DNA of 64,000 nucleotides from a candidate division WOR-3 bacterium (GTDB lineage Bacteria; Hydrothermota; Tepidihabitantia; SM23-42): NCBI GenBank assembly GCA_011052815.1, contig DRIG01000085.1, positions 1,110 to 65,109 of the forward strand, read 5' to 3'. Shown piece by piece: positions 62,884 to 64,000 of this stretch (position 1 is its first letter; each line of letters starts with the position of its first letter). The notes under the pieces were generated by a model. It saw only the letters and a program-made list of their open reading frames with translations, ran no database searches and was not told where the DNA came from. The position numbers and the translations under genes were made by a program.

Positions 62884-64000
62884 TCACCGCTTTTTTTTGT
62901 AAAGGACTTTTCCACCGACGAGCGTCATTATGACTCTGATGTTCTCGAAATTCTTCTCGTCTTTCGGAGATCTGTCCAGAACGACAAAATCCCCCAGCAT
63001 CCCTTTTCTCAAGGCTCCTTTTCTATCTTCATCAAAAGTGGCATAGGCTCCTTCCTTCGTATAGATTTTGAATGCAAGCGGGCGGCTGAGCCTGCCCCGG
63101 GTAAAGGGATGCTCAAAGGCACCCGGCATGCCGAAGAGCGGACCCATAGGCATACAATCCGAACCGAAGACGACCTTTATTCCGTAATTTTTCATGGATT
63201 TGAAGGCGTTCATTTTTTCATATCTTGAGCCGAGGTTTTTTTCATACATTCCGCCGGGCTGCTGCCATCGACGGACGAAATTCGGTTGCATCGAGGCGAT
63301 TAAATTCAACTTCGCCATCTTGCTCAGGGCAGAATCGGTTATGAGTTCAACATGTTCGAGCCTGTGGCGCAGAGGATTCTTTTTCTTTGAGTCTTTTTGT
63401 TTCTTCATGATCCGGTCGAAGATATCTACGATCTGCTCAGTGCTTCGGTCTCCGATCGAGTGAATCATAAGTTGAACCCCGTTTTCTTCGGCTGTTTCTA
63501 TTGTTTTTTTCAATCTTCGGGATGAAAGGAGTATCTTGCCCCTGAATCTTAAATTATTATATGGTTTGATGAGTGCCGCGGTTCTGGCGCCGATCGATCC
63601 GTCAAGAAAGATTTTTATCCCGCAGAATTTGAGGAAATCATCACCCAATCCTGTTCTCAGCCCGGCGGCGAGGACATCTTTGTAATACTTGAAAAGAATA
63701 TAGACCGCAAATCTTATTTTCAACCCGCTCCTTTTTTTCATCTCCTGGAGCAGGACGAAGCGTTCTATGTCGGTGATTTCATTCACCGACGTTATCCCTT
63801 TTCGGAGCGCTTCAGCGGTGCCGAGCTTTATCGCCCTGAACAGCATCTCTTTCGACGGTTTGAATATTTCATTTAAATTGAGCGCCGCATCTTCATATAA
63901 AAATCCTGTTCTGTGGTCTACAATACGGCGGTTTTCCGGAATCATCTCCAGTGCCCGGGAATTCACCACTGCACAGTGACCGCAGATGCGACGCATGACG
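62884..64000 (-). CDS. Amidohydrolase-family (Amidohydro_3-like) metal-dependent hydrolase. The N-terminus continues beyond the window end.
   Basis: C-terminal ...FGSDCMPMGPLFGMPGAFEHP... and ...LMIHSIGDRSTEQIVDIFD... are typical of the YtcJ-like amidohydrolase 3 family. The open frame reaches the window edge. Confidence 0.5.
   Translation of the reverse strand, partial: VMRRICGHCAVVNSRALEMIPENRRIVDHRTGFLYEDAALNLNEIFKPSKEMLFRAIKLGTAEALRKGITSVNEITDIERFVLLQEMKKRSGLKIRFAVYILFKYYKDVLAAGLRTGLGDDFLKFCGIKIFLDGSIGARTAALIKPYNNLRFRGKILLSSRRLKKTIETAEENGVQLMIHSIGDRSTEQIVDIFDRIMKKQKDSKKKNPLRHRLEHVELITDSALSKMAKLNLIASMQPNFVRRWQQPGGMYEKNLGSRYEKMNAFKSMKNYGIKVVFGSDCMPMGPLFGMPGAFEHPFTRGRLSRPLAFKIYTKEGAYATFDEDRKGALRKGMLGDFVVLDRSPKDEKNFENIRVIMTLVGGKVLYKKKR

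Overview
The window reads as a 64-kb chromosomal segment of an anaerobic bacterium that secretes cargo through the type IX secretion system (T9SS). Seven genes end in a T9SS C-terminal sorting domain of the form ...GVYFI...RKFLVIK. The gene content (Rnf complex, class III ribonucleotide reductase, histidine/proline/glutamate catabolism) would fit an amino-acid-fermenting member of the Fibrobacteres-Chlorobi-Bacteroidetes (FCB) superphylum, Cloacimonadota-like, but that is a guess. TGA is used as an ordinary stop codon, so the standard genetic code applies.

Layout, start to end:
- 1-3.4 kb: a visibly AT-rich accessory islet. It holds an AbiEi/AbiEii toxin-antitoxin or abortive-infection pair and an XRE-HTH regulator fused to an ImmA/IrrE metallopeptidase.
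- 3.4-13 kb: PhzF, an HD-GYP phosphodiesterase, a translationally coupled rnfCDGEA operon in which RnfG carries a duplicated FMN-binding domain and rnfB is absent, a nitroreductase, glutamine synthetase, and pyrroline-5-carboxylate dehydrogenase.
- 13.1-16.5 kb: five small secreted proteins or lipoproteins. One has an extraordinarily Trp/Tyr-rich core followed by a Lys-rich tail.
- 16.5-20.4 kb: a geranylgeranyl-reductase homolog, rarA, cdsA and uppS.
- 20.4-20.6 kb: a purine-rich 16-bp tandem repeat array.
- 20.7-29.5 kb: an M23 peptidase, CapA, a BNR-repeat T9SS cargo protein, asd, a membrane protein, and a TolB-like/C39-peptidase-like T9SS cargo protein.
- 29.7-35.6 kb: tRNA-Asp, a rhomboid protease, and the conserved tilS-hpt-ftsH-folE block.
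- 36-41 kb and 58-62 kb: further T9SS cargo genes. Two are paralogous gingipain-like (peptidase C25) genes. In each, a G10 homopolymer sits right after the signal peptide and puts the body of the gene out of frame.
- 41.3-47.1 kb: comM, an FG-GAP-repeat T9SS protein split by an in-frame TGA, then hutI and a bifunctional ftcD.
- 47.1-52.7 kb: a tandemly duplicated two-gene module of a TPR protein and an ExeA/MshM-like AAA ATPase.
- 52.7-57.9 kb: a PHP phosphoesterase, fabZ-lpxA, nrdR-nrdD with a NrdR box, and a 31-aa highly basic peptide gene that the ORF track missed.
- 62-64 kb: yihY and an amidohydrolase that runs off the window edge.

A recurring regulatory pattern is very canonical TTGACA-N16/17-TATAAT promoters. 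Several put the -10 box only 5-8 nt before the start codon, which implies leaderless mRNAs.

Coordinates for short motifs may be off by 1-2 nt; at least one printed sequence line (20641-20700) appears to hold 59 rather than 60 characters.
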